DNA from: Camelus dromedarius
Taxonomy: Eukaryota
Assembly (NCBI RefSeq): GCF_036321535.1
Contig: NC_087437.1
Location: forward strand, 107,510,001 to 107,574,000
Direction: 5' to 3'
Length of the DNA stretch: 64,000 bases
The position numbers and the translations under genes were made by a program. Position 1 is the first letter of the stretch; the number at the start of each line of letters is the position of its first letter. Under the pieces are notes generated by a model. It made no database searches. It saw nothing but the letters and a program-made list of their open reading frames with translations, and had not been told where the DNA came from. This document shows positions 13,371 to 26,359 of this stretch, piece after piece.

Positions 13371-14107
13371 AGTATTTGAATAAATGTAAATGTGATATTT
13401 TCAATAACTATAATATCAATGAAGAAACATATGTTAAACTTACTATACAAGGAACTAAATGAGTCACATTTTTATACAGTTACAAAATGCACTGAAATCT
13501 TGCATGTCACCAAGCCTCTAAAATCAAATATAAAATTGTATTGTTAACTGACTCTCCTGATATTTGACAAAAGTTATTGATTTAGTGGTAAGATAGTTTT
13601 TGGACAAGCAGCAAGTGGTATAATAGTTTTTGGATAAGCAAGCAAATCCATTCAATAAAGTTCTGTTTTCCATACTTCTCCAACTATCTAAGAACATATT
13701 TATTAATAGTCCTGGCCCTTTGGTTCTTTGATGTCAATAAATCGTAGATAAGATAATCAGACATCAGTCCCTTGGCAAACTTTGTATACATTATTCTGGT
13801 CAGGAATTATATAGATACCAGAAACTTTTTTTTTTTAACAGCACATCATCTCTCAGCATAAAATTTTTGTATTTTCATTCATTTCTTAACCAGAATGTAG
13901 CTAGATACCTTCACCATACGAAAAATATCTAGAGGCTAACAATTAGTAGAAACTCACCTGTTAAGCTCAAGTCGTGGAAGTTAATCACAAGGGCATACAT
14001 AGAAATAAGAGTACAGTCAATTCTTTTAAAATAGTTACACAATCAGACATGTTTGAGGCTGAGATTTAATTTAGGAACAGAAAAATTGTTCATAATCCCA
14101 AGTTGAC

Positions 14108-14548
14108 TGCAGTGGATTCTGTGGGTTCTATGGTAACTTCCCAGACTCCCCACTCAGAATGCAGGTACTTACTCTCCCAGTTACTGGGAATATTGGCTGC
14201 TGATAGCCATTAATTGAATTGTTCTTGGGAACTGAGCTCAGTTGAAGAGAACTGTTTTACAGAAAATCATGCCTTCTCCTTGGGGGCAGACCTTGCCCAA
14301 TAACTCACTGAAGCAGTGAATAAAAGCCTGGTCCTTTTGGCTTACTGAGTGACAACTCTGAAAGGCCAACCCATTGGCAGAGCTTCTCTGGAGATCCTTG
14401 CAAATGCATCACCTTTCATCTTCAGTCTCTGCTCAACCTGTTTTATTTGCTCCCCACAGGTGTTGTTCCTGTAACCACTCCCCAGTAAAATCCATAAAAG
14501 CCCCCCATGTGAATCTCTCTCTGTTTCCTGGAGATATAATCTAAGACA
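14108..14548 (+). mobile_element. ERVL LTR (LTR16 family), 5' LTR
   Basis: 'gtggattctgtgg...cccagactccccactcagaatg', 'gacaactctgaaaggcc', 'ccactccccagtaaa', end 'ctaagaca'. Confidence 0.75.
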
Positions 14549-15095
14549 ATTAGTACCAGGAGTGGTCTGAGAAAGAAGTTTCTAAAATGGGGTTTTGAAG
14601 CTGGGTGACCCTCCTGCCTGCTGGCTCTGATAACATCATCATAGATACTTATGGAGGTTGTGGATAGATCCTCCAACCTGTAATGGTACAGCTGTTCAAA
14701 TATCAGAACTGTGAACAGAGATGGGATATTGGTGGGAGAAAATGCAGTGGCAGAGGCAGTATGCCAGGATTTTGAGAAATGTGGGTAAAGGGTTAAATAT
14801 AAGGACTATAGAATTTGATGTTTGTTGCTGGAGGAAATTGATGCATAAGAGGAAAACAATGTTGAAAGCTGAGAGTAACTAACCTCCAATTAAAGACTAA
14901 GTGTGAAAGCCTGGAGCCTTGTGGGTAGGGTATAAAGTGGAGAATGGGTTGGCTGGCTGGTCAGTGGTCCAGAAAGAGGAAGGTTGTAAGATTAGGAACT
15001 AGGAGATCTCAGAAAGTCATACAAATGGACCTGTAGGAAAGGGGAAGAATTATAAAGTCATTTTTGCATGTTAATGACTACTGGAGGGCATCATT
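14549..15095 (+). mobile_element. ERVL internal remnant adjoining the LTR16
   Basis: Starts with the ERVL leader motif 'ttagtaccaggagtggt' (compare 'ttggtacaggagtgg' at about 56378), followed by decayed internal sequence. Confidence 0.6.
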
Positions 15096-15099
15096 TTTG

Positions 15100-17330
15100 C
15101 TTTAAACTCTAAAGCTTCTTTTGCTATTATTTCTTCTCTGGTTAGAGAACTTCCCTTAGCTATTATTTCGTGGTAGGTTTTTGAACAAAATATCTTAGCT
15201 TTCCTTTATCTGAGAATATCTTTATATTCCCTTCACCTCTGAAAGATAATTTTGCAGGATATAGAATTTGTGGTTGACAGTTCTTTTCTTTCAATACTTG
15301 AAAAATACTTGTCACTACCTTCTGACCTCTGTGGTTTGAGACTATCACTAACATTCAAATTGATGTTGCTCTGTAAGTAATGCTCATTTCTCTCTAGCTG
15401 CTTTCCATATTTTTTCTTTCTCTTTAGTTTATAGACATTTAATTATTATGTGTCTGGTGTGGATTTCTTTGGTTTTATCCATTTGCACTTTTCTCAGGTT
15501 CTTGAATCTTGAGTTAGTTTATGCCTTTCACCAATTTGGGGAATTTTCAGCTGTTTTTTTTTAGTACTTTTTGACTCCCATCCTCTTCTAGAACTTTGAT
15601 GATACAAATGTTAGTTGTTGTTTTGTTTTGTTTTTTTCTTTCTTTCTGTTGTTCAGATTGAAGAAATTCTACTGACATGTCCTTAAGTTCACTGGCTCCT
15701 TCTTCTGTCATTTCCACTTTAATACTAGACCCATCCAGTGAATTTTTTTCTGGTTATTGCATTTTTCAGTCTCATAATTTCCACTTGGTTCTTTTATGCA
15801 ACTTCTATTTCTTTGCTTGAGATTTTCTGTTTTTTCATTCATGTCAACAAAACTTGTAATTGTTTGCTGAAGCATTTTAATGATGGTGGCATTAAAGCCC
15901 ATGTCAAATAATTTCAACACTTGATTTATCTTAGGGTTGGTGTTTTATTCTTTCTCCCCATTCAAGTTGTCATTTTCCTAGCTTTGGTATAATGAGGGGT
16001 TTTCTATTGTACCCTAGACATTTTGAATATTATGAGGCTCTAGATCCTATTTAATTTGATAAGGCATGTTGCAAGAGCTGGGTGGGCTTTTATGTACAGC
16101 TTCCTGCTTGGTCTGCCAGCACCACACAAGCAAAAGCAGAGAGCAGGCTCGCATCACCTTGCTGCACACAGATAGGGCACTCAGCTTCTCTTAGCCCCAC
16201 TGATGTCAGGGAATGGGAAAGGAGAGAGCTGAACCCTACTGCTTTTTGCTTCCAGATGGAGACTGAAGTTCAGCCTCTTGCTGAGCCCAATGGCACTGGG
16301 GCTGGAGAAGGAAGTGGAATATAAACTAGCATTGCTTCTGCCCACCTTGTTCTGTCTCATGATGCTGACAAGAGGTGGAGGCTCATTCTTCCCTGAGTCC
16401 TGCTGAGACCAAGGATGGGGGCAGAGTGCTGGGTAGTTCTGCCTCACCCAGGCTCTTTGCTGCCATTTGGAGATGGAGATTTAACTCCAACTGGGCTCTG
16501 CAGACACAGGGGGTGGAGCTGCAAGGTGTAGGGGGATGACGACTAGTGGTGAATAGCCTGCCTCTGTAAGATCTCATTAACTCTTCTCACTTCTGGATAG
16601 AGGTGGAGGGGGCTTGTTGCTAACCCCCACAAATAATATCTTGGTGGGAGAAGTGGGGAACCACTAGCTTCTGCAAACAGGGGATTGAGATCAGTGTCCT
16701 GTTTGGTCCCTCCTATTTTACTGAATCAAATTGCTCTCACCTGTTTCTACCAGGAGAGGGTTGAAAGATCAGCTCCCTGCTCTGCCCCATTGATCACATC
16801 TAGCTGGGAAATGGAAGTCCCACCTGTTTCTACAAGGCCAGAAATGGAAGATTTGTTGTTTGTTCAGTCCTGCTGACATCAATGAATGGGGAAATTGGAG
16901 CCCTGCTACCCGCTTCTGCAAGATAGGAAGGTAGGTTTCGTATCAACTCCCTACTCAGGCCTGCTGAAAATGTGGGCGGGGAGAAGGTGTGTTGTAGATT
17001 TTTCTGTTGGTATTTGGCTGGAGTAAGGCAGCAATTGCCAAAATATTTTCATTATTATGCTACGTTTTTTCTTTGGCTAGGGGAAATAGGTTTTACTTTG
17101 AGCTCTTTTTTTTTTTCGGCTGGTCTGTTTGTGGTTCCAACATGGGCTCCTGTAGCACCCTGTCTGGGATAGGTGGGGGTAATAATAAAACCCAGGGAAC
17201 TCACCACTATGGTGTTCCTCAAGTCCCAAGGTCCCTAGGCAGTCTACCTACTTCTTTAATCTTCCAGACTCTTCTTATGCTTGTTCATTGTGCTACTTTC
17301 AAGACTTTTAAGTTGGAAGAGGGAGAAACT
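15100..17330 (-). mobile_element. Old L1 5' end: ORF1 relic plus GC-richer 5' UTR
   Basis: ORF 15163..15354 'IFQVLKEKNCQPQILYPAKLSFRGEGNIKIFSDKGKLR' matches the L1 ORF1p C-terminus; ORF 15708..15920 resembles ORF1p N-terminal part; the 5' UTR limit is approximate. Confidence 0.8.
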
Positions 17331-17369
17331 TGAATGTACTGAGGGTTTTCCATCTTGGCTGGAACCAGA

Positions 17370-17591
17370 AGGTTGGCCTCTTGACTCAGGAAGGACAACT
17401 CTGAAAGGTTCACATAGCTCCAGAAATCTTGTTGAGACTGCTGTGACTACGTCAAATTTCAACTCTTTCCTCTGATCCTGTATCTTGACTTCTCAAAGGG
17501 ACTGTTCCCAAGAGCAGGCCGCAGTAAACTAACTGCACTTAAAGCTGCACATGAGAGTCTATTCTCTATAGAAAAGACCTAACCTAATACA
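17370..17591 (+). mobile_element. ERVL LTR16 3' half (probable 3' LTR)
   Basis: Shares 'gacaactctgaaagg' with the LTR at 14351 and the same later motif order ('cagtaaa', 'gagagtct', end 'cctaataca'). Confidence 0.65.
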
Positions 17592-19959
17592 TGGGTGTTT
17601 TCTATAGAACCTGACCTAAGGCATAGACTTGTTACGTCTTAGCAGGAGGAGCTGGTCATGTGACCTTCTCCACTCGCCATATACGGTGTCCGTATCCTGT
17701 CAGTATCAGCTCCCAATATTTCTGAGGGACTAACTCTCGTGTTCTATCCTCTGTATCTTTATTTACTTTCTTAGGCCCATTTAGTCATTGTTTCTATTGC
17801 TTATTGTTTAAGGGTTTCTCCCATGAACTGCTAGAAATCTCAGTATCTGACACTTAAAAAAAAATCTTGGTGGGAAATTTGGTAAAATTCAGTCAGACAC
17901 ATCTAACAGAAGTGAGAACAAACTCTCATATCAATCTACCCCACAGAATTCTGATCAGCTCAGAGCCCGTCAGCTCCAGATAAGATGCTCAGTTCATCCC
18001 TGGCCCAAATACTTGAGTGGTGGGTTTAAGAAATGCAATATCAGATTTTCCAATTCCCTCAGCAGGATTCTGGGTTTGAGAATTTTTGGGAGGGCACTGT
18101 GGGTGTGACACAGGCCCCCTTCTTCACTTTTCAGTGTTTGAATTCTGTATTAGTCACTGTCCATTTGCATTTGCCCTTCTTTTCTTTTTCCTGCATTTCT
18201 GTGTCTTATATTCTCTATTCCTTCCTCCAATGTCTGGCACTGGGTTTGCTTCCCTCTTCTGGGTGGCATCATTTACTCCACCCACACTACTTCCATATGC
18301 TAGTGTACCCAGTGGCTGGAAGGACTCCAAGGAACTTTCCAGTAAATTAGCTTAAGATATGCTAATTGAACCACCACTGTATTTGCAAAGAGTAATCAGA
18401 GACCCCCTAAGCCACTTTGAAACTGAAGATTTATTTCCAATTATGACTACAACAGAAATGTCAAACCCCACAGCTTCTACTGTTAGTCTCACTGGGGTTG
18501 GATGTTACACATCTGCTGCAATCTGTATGCAGCATGTGCAGAAAGCAAAAGATCAAAATTCAGTGAGGAAAGGAAATAGCCATCCAAGTGTCTTTGGCTA
18601 TTGGATACAAAAATTAACTCATTAGCCCTATTCTTTGTGACAAACGGGTTTGTATTGTTCAGCTAAGAAATGGACAAGAGGCCTTTGCCAAACGTCTGGG
18701 TGTGTGACCATCTCACTTGATCATGATATACACTCTAATTCTGTCTTGTCCTTTATTCCTCTTTGATGTGCCTTCTGCCTCCTGTGTCTTTCATCCACAG
18801 ATCTTTCTAACCTGTGTTTGGTTTCCTGTGTTTGGCTTAGGTGTGATATTTCCTTGATTCATATATGCAGTCTTGCAGCCTCAACTGCATTTCCTAAACA
18901 AAGTAAGACTATTACTATGGTAGTGGTAGTAGAACCAAATTTTATTTATGCCAATATATATTCTAGGGCCTTATCTCCTTTATAGTTGAAAAAAAAAAAG
19001 ACTACGACTTTGATAAATTCATAATTTCCACCCATGTAAATAAGGGACTTGGCACATGTTACTTGAAAACTAGGTATCCTAAAGGTCCCTTCCTACTTTG
19101 GGATTCATTAATAGTGCTCACCATAACCTTACCCACTTTTTTCTCTTGAAAAATGTAACTACCTATAACTCCAGGAAAAGAAATGTATGCAGAGAGAGGG
19201 ATATATCAAAGTGGAGCACTGGTAAATGCCAGATTGAGCAGTCTATAACAGTGATGCAAGATACTATCTCCTAGTTTATTTTAAAAAAAATGCCAAGCTT
19301 TGTCTTAGAAATGGTTTGGCTTTGAGCATTGGCTTCCATGCATCAAGCAGTGTAGAGAACAAAAAGCCGACTCTGCCAAGAGTTTCAGCAGCGTGAGAAA
19401 CTCAATGCATTCTGCATCCAGAAGTTAGTTGTAGGAAGCTATTAATTTTGTTTTCTCAGATTTTAAAATGAAAAAAAAAAAAGACTTCCTAAATAAGTCC
19501 CAGACCCCAATAAGTAAGTATTTTCCCATGTAACTTTTCAAGCTAGAGATTAGATTTCAAACTCATACAATTGAATTCCATGTAAACTTGTGCCATTGGG
19601 CTGGGATGATGGGGTCAAGGTAGAAAGCTAAGGTTTTGTAACAACATATCTTACAGGTTGGATTTTGAAAATATTTCTTTTAAATAAAATAATTTCATAT
19701 CACATCAAACTCATTTCACTTAATAATATTTATTCAGACTAGCGGTGTAGCAATGATGGCATAAACTGGAAGGACTATTGATGTCCACTGGGGACACTTA
19801 GCAAAATTCAATATTTTAAAAGTCAGTGCTTCATATTTCAAATCTCAATGTACTATTAAAGAACTTTTGGTATGGGTCACTCAAGATCCACAAGGCAAGA
19901 TTGCAAATGAGCTTTTCTGGAAATAATTTAAATTGACATTCAGGTAGCTCTGATGTGTT

Positions 19960-20425
19960 TTAGAACTGCCACTTAGTAGATGTGTGATTATAAGTCTGGT
20001 TACTTAGCTCTTTTTTTTTAAACAATATAACATTTTTTATTGATTTATAATCATTTTACAATGCTGTGTCAAATTCCAGTGTAGAGCACAATTTTTCAGT
20101 TGTACATAAACATATATATATTCATTGTCACATTTTTTCTCTGTGAGCTACCATAAGATGTGTATATTTCCCTGTGCTATACAGTATAATCTTGTTTATC
20201 TATTCTACAGTTTTGAAATCCCGTCTATCCCTTCCCACCCTCCGCCCCCTTGGCAACCACAAGTTTGTATTCTATGTCTATGAGTCTGTTTCTGTTTTGT
20301 ATTTATGCTTTTTTTTTTTTTTTTTTTAGATTCCACATATGAGCGATCTCATGTGGTATTTTTCATTCTCTTTCTGGCTACTTAACTCTTAATAGTGTTC
20401 TCTTCTCACCCTAAAATGGGATTAT
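19960..20425 (+). mobile_element. MIR core split by an L1 insertion
   Basis: 'ctgccacttagtagatgtgtgatt...ttacttagctctt' resumes as '...ctcaccctaaaatgggattatt' after the L1. Confidence 0.6.
20013..20372 (-). mobile_element. Young 5'-truncated L1 3' end with TSD
   Basis: Poly-T head, 'cccttcccaccctccgcccccttggcaaccacaagtttg', 'ttagattccacatatgagcgatctc'; TSD tctggttacttagctctt (19995-20012) / tctggctacttaactctt (20373-20390). Confidence 0.9.
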
Positions 20426-20859
20426 TTTTCCAAAAGGCATAGCTCATCAGTTGTAGTTCCTTTTCCAACTCCATTCATTTGGTAAAGGTAGCTGCAATCC
20501 AATATGAAGAAAGTAGCTAAGAAACAAGGCATCAAGTAGTTGTTTAGCCATGTGCGCCACGAGTATGTGGACTTGATAATGCAAACACCCAGATTACTGA
20601 TAGTGCTCTATTTCGAAAACTTTTGAATACTAAACAAGAAAAAAATATTGTAAAACACAATGAGCAGATGTGGGCAAGGGAGGAAAGAAGCATTTATTGA
20701 GTAGAGTGATAGAAAATGACAGCGCTCGACAATATCGGATTACCGTTTCTTTCATGGGAATATGAGCAACTCTAACTCCTAGCAGGCCGTATGATTATGA
20801 CCCAGAAAAAGCAAAAGAAGTGATGGGTGTCAATCCTGGGCTGCAGGAATGATAATCCC

Positions 20860-21095
20860 AAGTAGCAATTCTACCACCTCTACCACCAGGCCTTGAAGAT
20901 ACTCGGCATAGAGGCCATTGTTAAGATGGCAATATCAACAGAGTGAAGCAGTCTGGTGTCCTGAATCACTGACTAAGTGGATAAGTCAACCAAACCCATG
21001 GTGGACTTTATAAACACAAGAAATAAAATAGTGCTATCATTAGTCACTGAGATTTTGGGGGGTTGAAGCATAGCTTGGTCTATCCTGATTAACAT
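20860..21095 (+). mobile_element. MaLR LTR 3' part (old MLT1)
   Basis: 'gtctggtgtcctgaatcact...agaaataaaa...gtcactgagattttgggggg...gcatagcttggtctatcctgattaaca'. Confidence 0.6.
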
Positions 21096-22869
21096 GGAAA
21101 TAAATAAACTCATGTCTACACCTTTAAGTCTAAATAACATTTCTGAAGTATCAGTTTGCTGATAGCATTAAATAGAAAAACTAAGCTCACCCTGGATCTT
21201 TCACTGAATTTAATGTCAAATCAAATAAACTATGTTACTCTGCAGCTTTCGTATCAGACACTTTTACATGAATAGTGGCAGTGGTCTGAGTTTTGCTCAT
21301 TGCCCTCCCTTGTGACTTAATGGTAAACACTGTGAAGTTGAAGCCAAAAAAGAGTTCATACTCATCTCATTAATGTGTTCTTTGGGAAATAGACAGTGAT
21401 CTTCTTCAGGTCAAAAGGAAGGACAGTTCCTGGAGATGACTGAAATGATGTCCATGCTGTCATAAAGAGTGACAGGGAGGAAGTATCTCTCTTGTTCTGA
21501 TAGATTTTGACATTTTTGGAGAAAGTTTCTACAGCTGTGATCATGAGTGGAGGCAGATTAAGGAATAAGCCGGCTCAGTAAGAACGGCAAAGGATTTCTT
21601 CTCCTACTTAGCAGTAAATTGTCTATTTTGATATGTCCGTTGACTCTTGTTGGAGCCCAAATCATCCTGACTGATGCCCAAAGCACCATGTGAACATATC
21701 TTTGGAAGAAAAATTAATTTGAAACTGGGACAGTTTTACTTGTGCTACCCAAAATATTGAGATTTTTTTTTTTTGGTTGATTCAGCAGTTTTAAAACATG
21801 TAACATTTTTTTCTTTTCTTTTTTTCCCCATCTTTCCCTGAACACATTTATTTAACTTGTTAAAAAAAAAAAAATCCCTGTCTACAGGACTCCCATAGTA
21901 ATCACCAAATAATTACAAACTTCTGGGAAGGAGATTGGTTTGAAAATCCATTGCTTGTGGATATTTTTCTAACGACTAAACCATGTTCTTCTCAGCCCTA
22001 GAAGCTCTAACTGGGTGCATACAGAATGATATAGATTGTTTTTATTCCCAATGGAAAGAAATGTTCTCTACGAAGAGATGGAAGTCAAGCTAAAGCAATT
22101 AAATTTCTTTTAAAATGCTCTCAAACCCCACATTAAATTATCATTTAACTAATGATTAATTAAATTGTGTCACACTATCTTGGTATGAAAATTTGTATGT
22201 ATTATCATTATTAGTGGCAATAGTTTGCCTCTAAGGCTGAAGGTTAACATCTGAAGTGACATATAGTAGATGTTTTTTCTTAATTAAAAGAAAAATAAAT
22301 CCAAGCTATACAACTTAGATGATTATTTCGGCTTCAACAGTGCATAAAATATAAGCCATTGCCTTAGAATGATTACGCTTACAACTAGATAAGATAAAAC
22401 AAAGCCAAGAATACCCATCGTAAAACAAGGACAGAAATAAGCAAAGATAACTTCATGCAGGATTAATTCTAAGACCAGCATATGTTTCTGGTATTGACAT
22501 TAGACAGATATCACGTGCTTTGTTTTGCAGTGATGTAGGCATGGTCCAAAGCAGGGAATAGGGAATAGCCATTCTACTATAACCTCTCCCTATTTAACAT
22601 TTAGGGACTTGGAATTTGAGCATGGGATGAGTATATATGGATAAAGGGAACTTTATTCCGATCTTTCTAGTTTTCTCCCACTTCTAGAATCTGCTGTGAA
22701 TTACAAGAACTTTCTTTTCTCTCTTGTCTGACAGGAAATTTTCTATCACACCTTTCTCCTTCTTGATGTTTCAATCAGACGCTCTTCCCTGTGACCATAC
22801 TAAAAAACTGGCTCTAGGCCAACAAGTTTCAGGGGCATAGTTCAATGGAAGTTGAGAAACATATGAAAA

Positions 22870-23270
22870 ATATAAACTTAAATTTAAAAACGAAACTTAT
22901 TCAAAATTCCATTACTCTAAAATAACCACTGCTAACATTTTGGTTTATATTTTCATAGAACTTTTTCTAATTGTGTATGTATTTTTTAGAAAGATCATAT
23001 TATATAAATACCATTTTTTTTTACCTTTTTTACTCATTTAACACTATGTGAATTACTTTCTATATTGGTGGAAAATAAATATGCATCTGCATTTCAATAG
23101 CTGTATAATAATTCATTTTGAAAATATTATGATTTATTTAACCAGATTCCTGCTTTACTTTCCCTGTAATGAATGTCTGAGTGTTTCTCTTTGTTCAAGT
23201 ATTTGATTATTTCCTTAGAATGAGTTCTTTGAATGATGAGAGTTAAAGGAAATGCAATTTTGATGAGATT
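22870..23270 (-). mobile_element. Ancient L1 3' fragment (L1ME-like)
   Basis: 'aataaccactgctaacattttggtttatattt', 'atttatttaaccagattcc', 'gattatttccttagaat'. Confidence 0.6.
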
Positions 23271-23639
23271 ATTTTTTCCATTATTGGGCAGCAAGCAATC
23301 AAAGCTCTAGGACGTGAACTTTGCCAAGTAAGGGCAAATAAACTGCCCTTTATCTCGGGGATGATTACCTACCTAGGTGACATCCTGCCTCGGTAATTTT
23401 CCCCCTCTCCATCTTTGAGAAATTAATCTTAAATGAATGTTCTAAGGTCTGTTAGAAACATATTTCTTCCTACCAACCTCATTGCTGATTGATTACGTAG
23501 AGTTCATCGACATTGACTGATAACCCAGTGGTGATGCTCCCTATTCATTGCTGAGGAGTTTTATCCTCATCACAAAAAGTAGACTGTAATAGTTTAGCTC
23601 TGGATTAATATGGAGATGCCCAGACCACTCTTCAGGCAC

Positions 23640-23827
23640 AGAGAGTGGTATGCTGACAGATTGGATCTCTGAAAAAGAAAAGACCCTGATTTGTAGCATT
23701 TCACAATTTCTATGGTGTCAAGACACCTAACATGGCCTATTTCAAGCTACCAACTGACTTGGATATTCCTCAAAATTTAAAAACCAACTTTCACAAGCTA
23801 TTTGAGACTGTTAGAACACACCCCTGG
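23640..23827. mobile_element. Non-autonomous hAT DNA transposon (MER63-like)
   Basis: 'ccctgatttgtagcatttcacaatttctatggtgt...atttcaagctaccaac...acacacccctgg'. Confidence 0.6.
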
Positions 23828-25836
23828 TTTGGTCAGGGGTCCCAAAGAGTGGTTCCGGGAGTATAAGCTGTCTTTCATTCCAAGTCAGGAAGTTCTTAGT
23901 GTCTAAGTACTGTGAAAGGCCGTTGCTATGTCCTTCCTATTTCTCTTTGTTTTCATGACTATATTTGGGAGCAAAGAATATACATAAAGTTGATTTTGGA
24001 CATAAAGACTAGGGCATCCTAATAGACTCACTTTCCTCTCAGAGTTGAAGCATCACATAGTGAAAATCATAATACTGGTTTCATTTGGGGGCCCCCACCT
24101 CCATTCTGCTGTAGGAATTATTAACAAATCCTGTCACCAAGACTTGGTGAAGTATAGTGTCTGGGAGTAAGCTTGCTGTTTTTCCCTTGAGGCATTTAAC
24201 AACTTTCCTATTTAGTGTCTGAAGTAGTAAACAGTATGAATTCTTATTCCCACTCCCAAATCGAGACACTGCTTGTAAAAATAGTTTGTAAACAGGAAAG
24301 GGGAAGAACACCATCAATTTTTAGTCTTTTTCTGTAGTCTTGATTCTCTTTTGGATTCTCTTTGGGAAAGTCTAGATCTCTGTTTTGTTCTGTCCTTTGC
24401 TAATAGTCAGTTACCCATAGGAGATTGCTAAAATCCCAACTGCTACATTTTAGTTTCACTTGGTTCCATACACTGTATGTTTGGAGAAAGTAACTTGAAT
24501 CATTCATGTCCTTAAATTTACAGCTATTAAATGGTAATTGTAATAGATACTGTTCACATGAGTTGAGAATTATAAAATAGTTGGAGTTATTCAAACTCCA
24601 TGTCTAAAATGTCTTCCAATCATTGGCTTTGTGCTTAATTAAATTCAGTTGTTTTTCAATGTTGTAGCCAACTATACTAAAGTTGAGATTGAAATCTGTT
24701 TTTATTTTTACTTGATGCCAAAGGAGGAAACTATCAACATATGTCAAATTTAAAGGGGAATATATTTATCAATACACACATGTGATTTTGCAAGAAGTTC
24801 CAAACTGTGCACATTCCTCCAGAGGAGAGAAAAGAGAATCCACAAAAGTGACTTTTGCTGCAAGAGGAATACAAGTGAGTTGAAATCCTTTCATGATAAC
24901 AAAGGCCTCACAAAAAAGGACTGGATTTGGTCCATGTTTTAGGAATTTGCAGATATAAAGAGTTAGTTATCTTCTACTCTGGCTCTGTAACTTGTAGTGC
25001 AAAAATATTTGCTGTCAGGAAAAAAAAAAGTTGGAATGCATAGATTTCACTGACAGAAAGAGCCCAAGAAACCCTTCACCTCTTTGTCTTTATATTTCTG
25101 ACTTTTAGTCGATGTTTGCAATATGACAAAATCATTGGTTTTTGTCCACCAATCCACCCTCCCCCCACCTCAAGTTTGTTTGAATCCTGTAAGTATTTTG
25201 TTCTCTTGGCATGTAATTCACTATTAAGACATGCTGTGAGAGTTCTCCTTGCCTAGATTCATAACACTGAGCAGTTTGATATTACATAGCTGATAGGCCA
25301 CTCGTTTCTATTTTTTTCCCCTGAAAATGTCATGAAGTTTTAGGCAAGCATATGAAGTAATAGAACACATATGCCAATAGGATATTAATTTCTAAAAAAT
25401 GCATCCCAAACATCTGAGAGTGTTACAGGAACACTTTCTCAGTTAACTCCCCAAAGGGTGTAACAAAAACTAAATGCGTCTGTAAAAAGTCGTTTATAAA
25501 ACATGTATTACATTATGTTCGGGTGAATGTGGTTTTAGGAATGTTTTTTGAGCACATTATGCAAATGCAAGGGTTTGTCATGAATGCCCACTTCTCAAAA
25601 GAAAACATTTTAAACACTTAAAGTTGTGTTATTTAGGTAGGTAGATAGTTGGCATTTTTAAATGCTTTGTCAACAGAAAAATACTTCAGTCCTGTTCCTT
25701 AGCTTTAGATAATACTGCTTTCTCAATATTATTATTAATTCATACTATGTGGACACAAGATCTTAAGCAAAACTTGTGTGCAGAAAGGGTCGAAAACTCT
25801 TGACTCCATTAGAAAAAGCAATTTGATAAGTAGTTG

Positions 25837-26359
25837 TGTTACCAAGTCCAAATTTGTTCTGTTCCCTGCACACGACAGGCCAATAAATTGGGAGACGATG
25901 TACTGGGGCAAGGAATAAGGACTTTATTTGGAAAGCCAGCAGACCGAGAAGACAGCAGACTAGTGTCCTGGAGAACCATTTTCCCCAAGCCAGAAGTTAG
26001 GCTCCTTTTATACTAAAAAGGGGAGGGAGTGAGGTTGCTTGTTGCAAACTTCTTGGTTTTCAAATCCTTTGTTCTTGCAGCTGTACACATAGGTCGGGTC
26101 ACAGTGTCCCCGTCAACCTCCAACAAGACAAATGTTATTTTCTATTCTGCAACTTTTTATCTTTATGTGAATGGGAAAATGTTATACTCTTAAAGGTCAG
26201 AGCCTTGCAAATTAGGCTATCCTGGATATTTCAGGCTCTAAGCAACATTCTTTCACAAAAGGTGCAGAACCAGCATGACTAAGCACAGGAAACAGAGCAC
26301 AGGGTTAGCGCTAAAGGAACAGATCTAACATGGAGTCAGATTTGTTCTTCCCTACTACA
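25837..26359 (-). mobile_element. Well-preserved solo LTR, ERV1 class (possibly MER41-like)
   Basis: TG...CA termini, exact 4-bp TSD gttg (25833-25836 / 26360-26363), minus-strand TATAAAA (about 26006-26012) and AATAAA (25923-25928). Confidence 0.85.

Noticed and set aside
16082..17475. Cluster of ORFs on both strands
   Set aside because: Explained by higher GC in the L1 5' UTR and LTR16, which lowers stop-codon frequency
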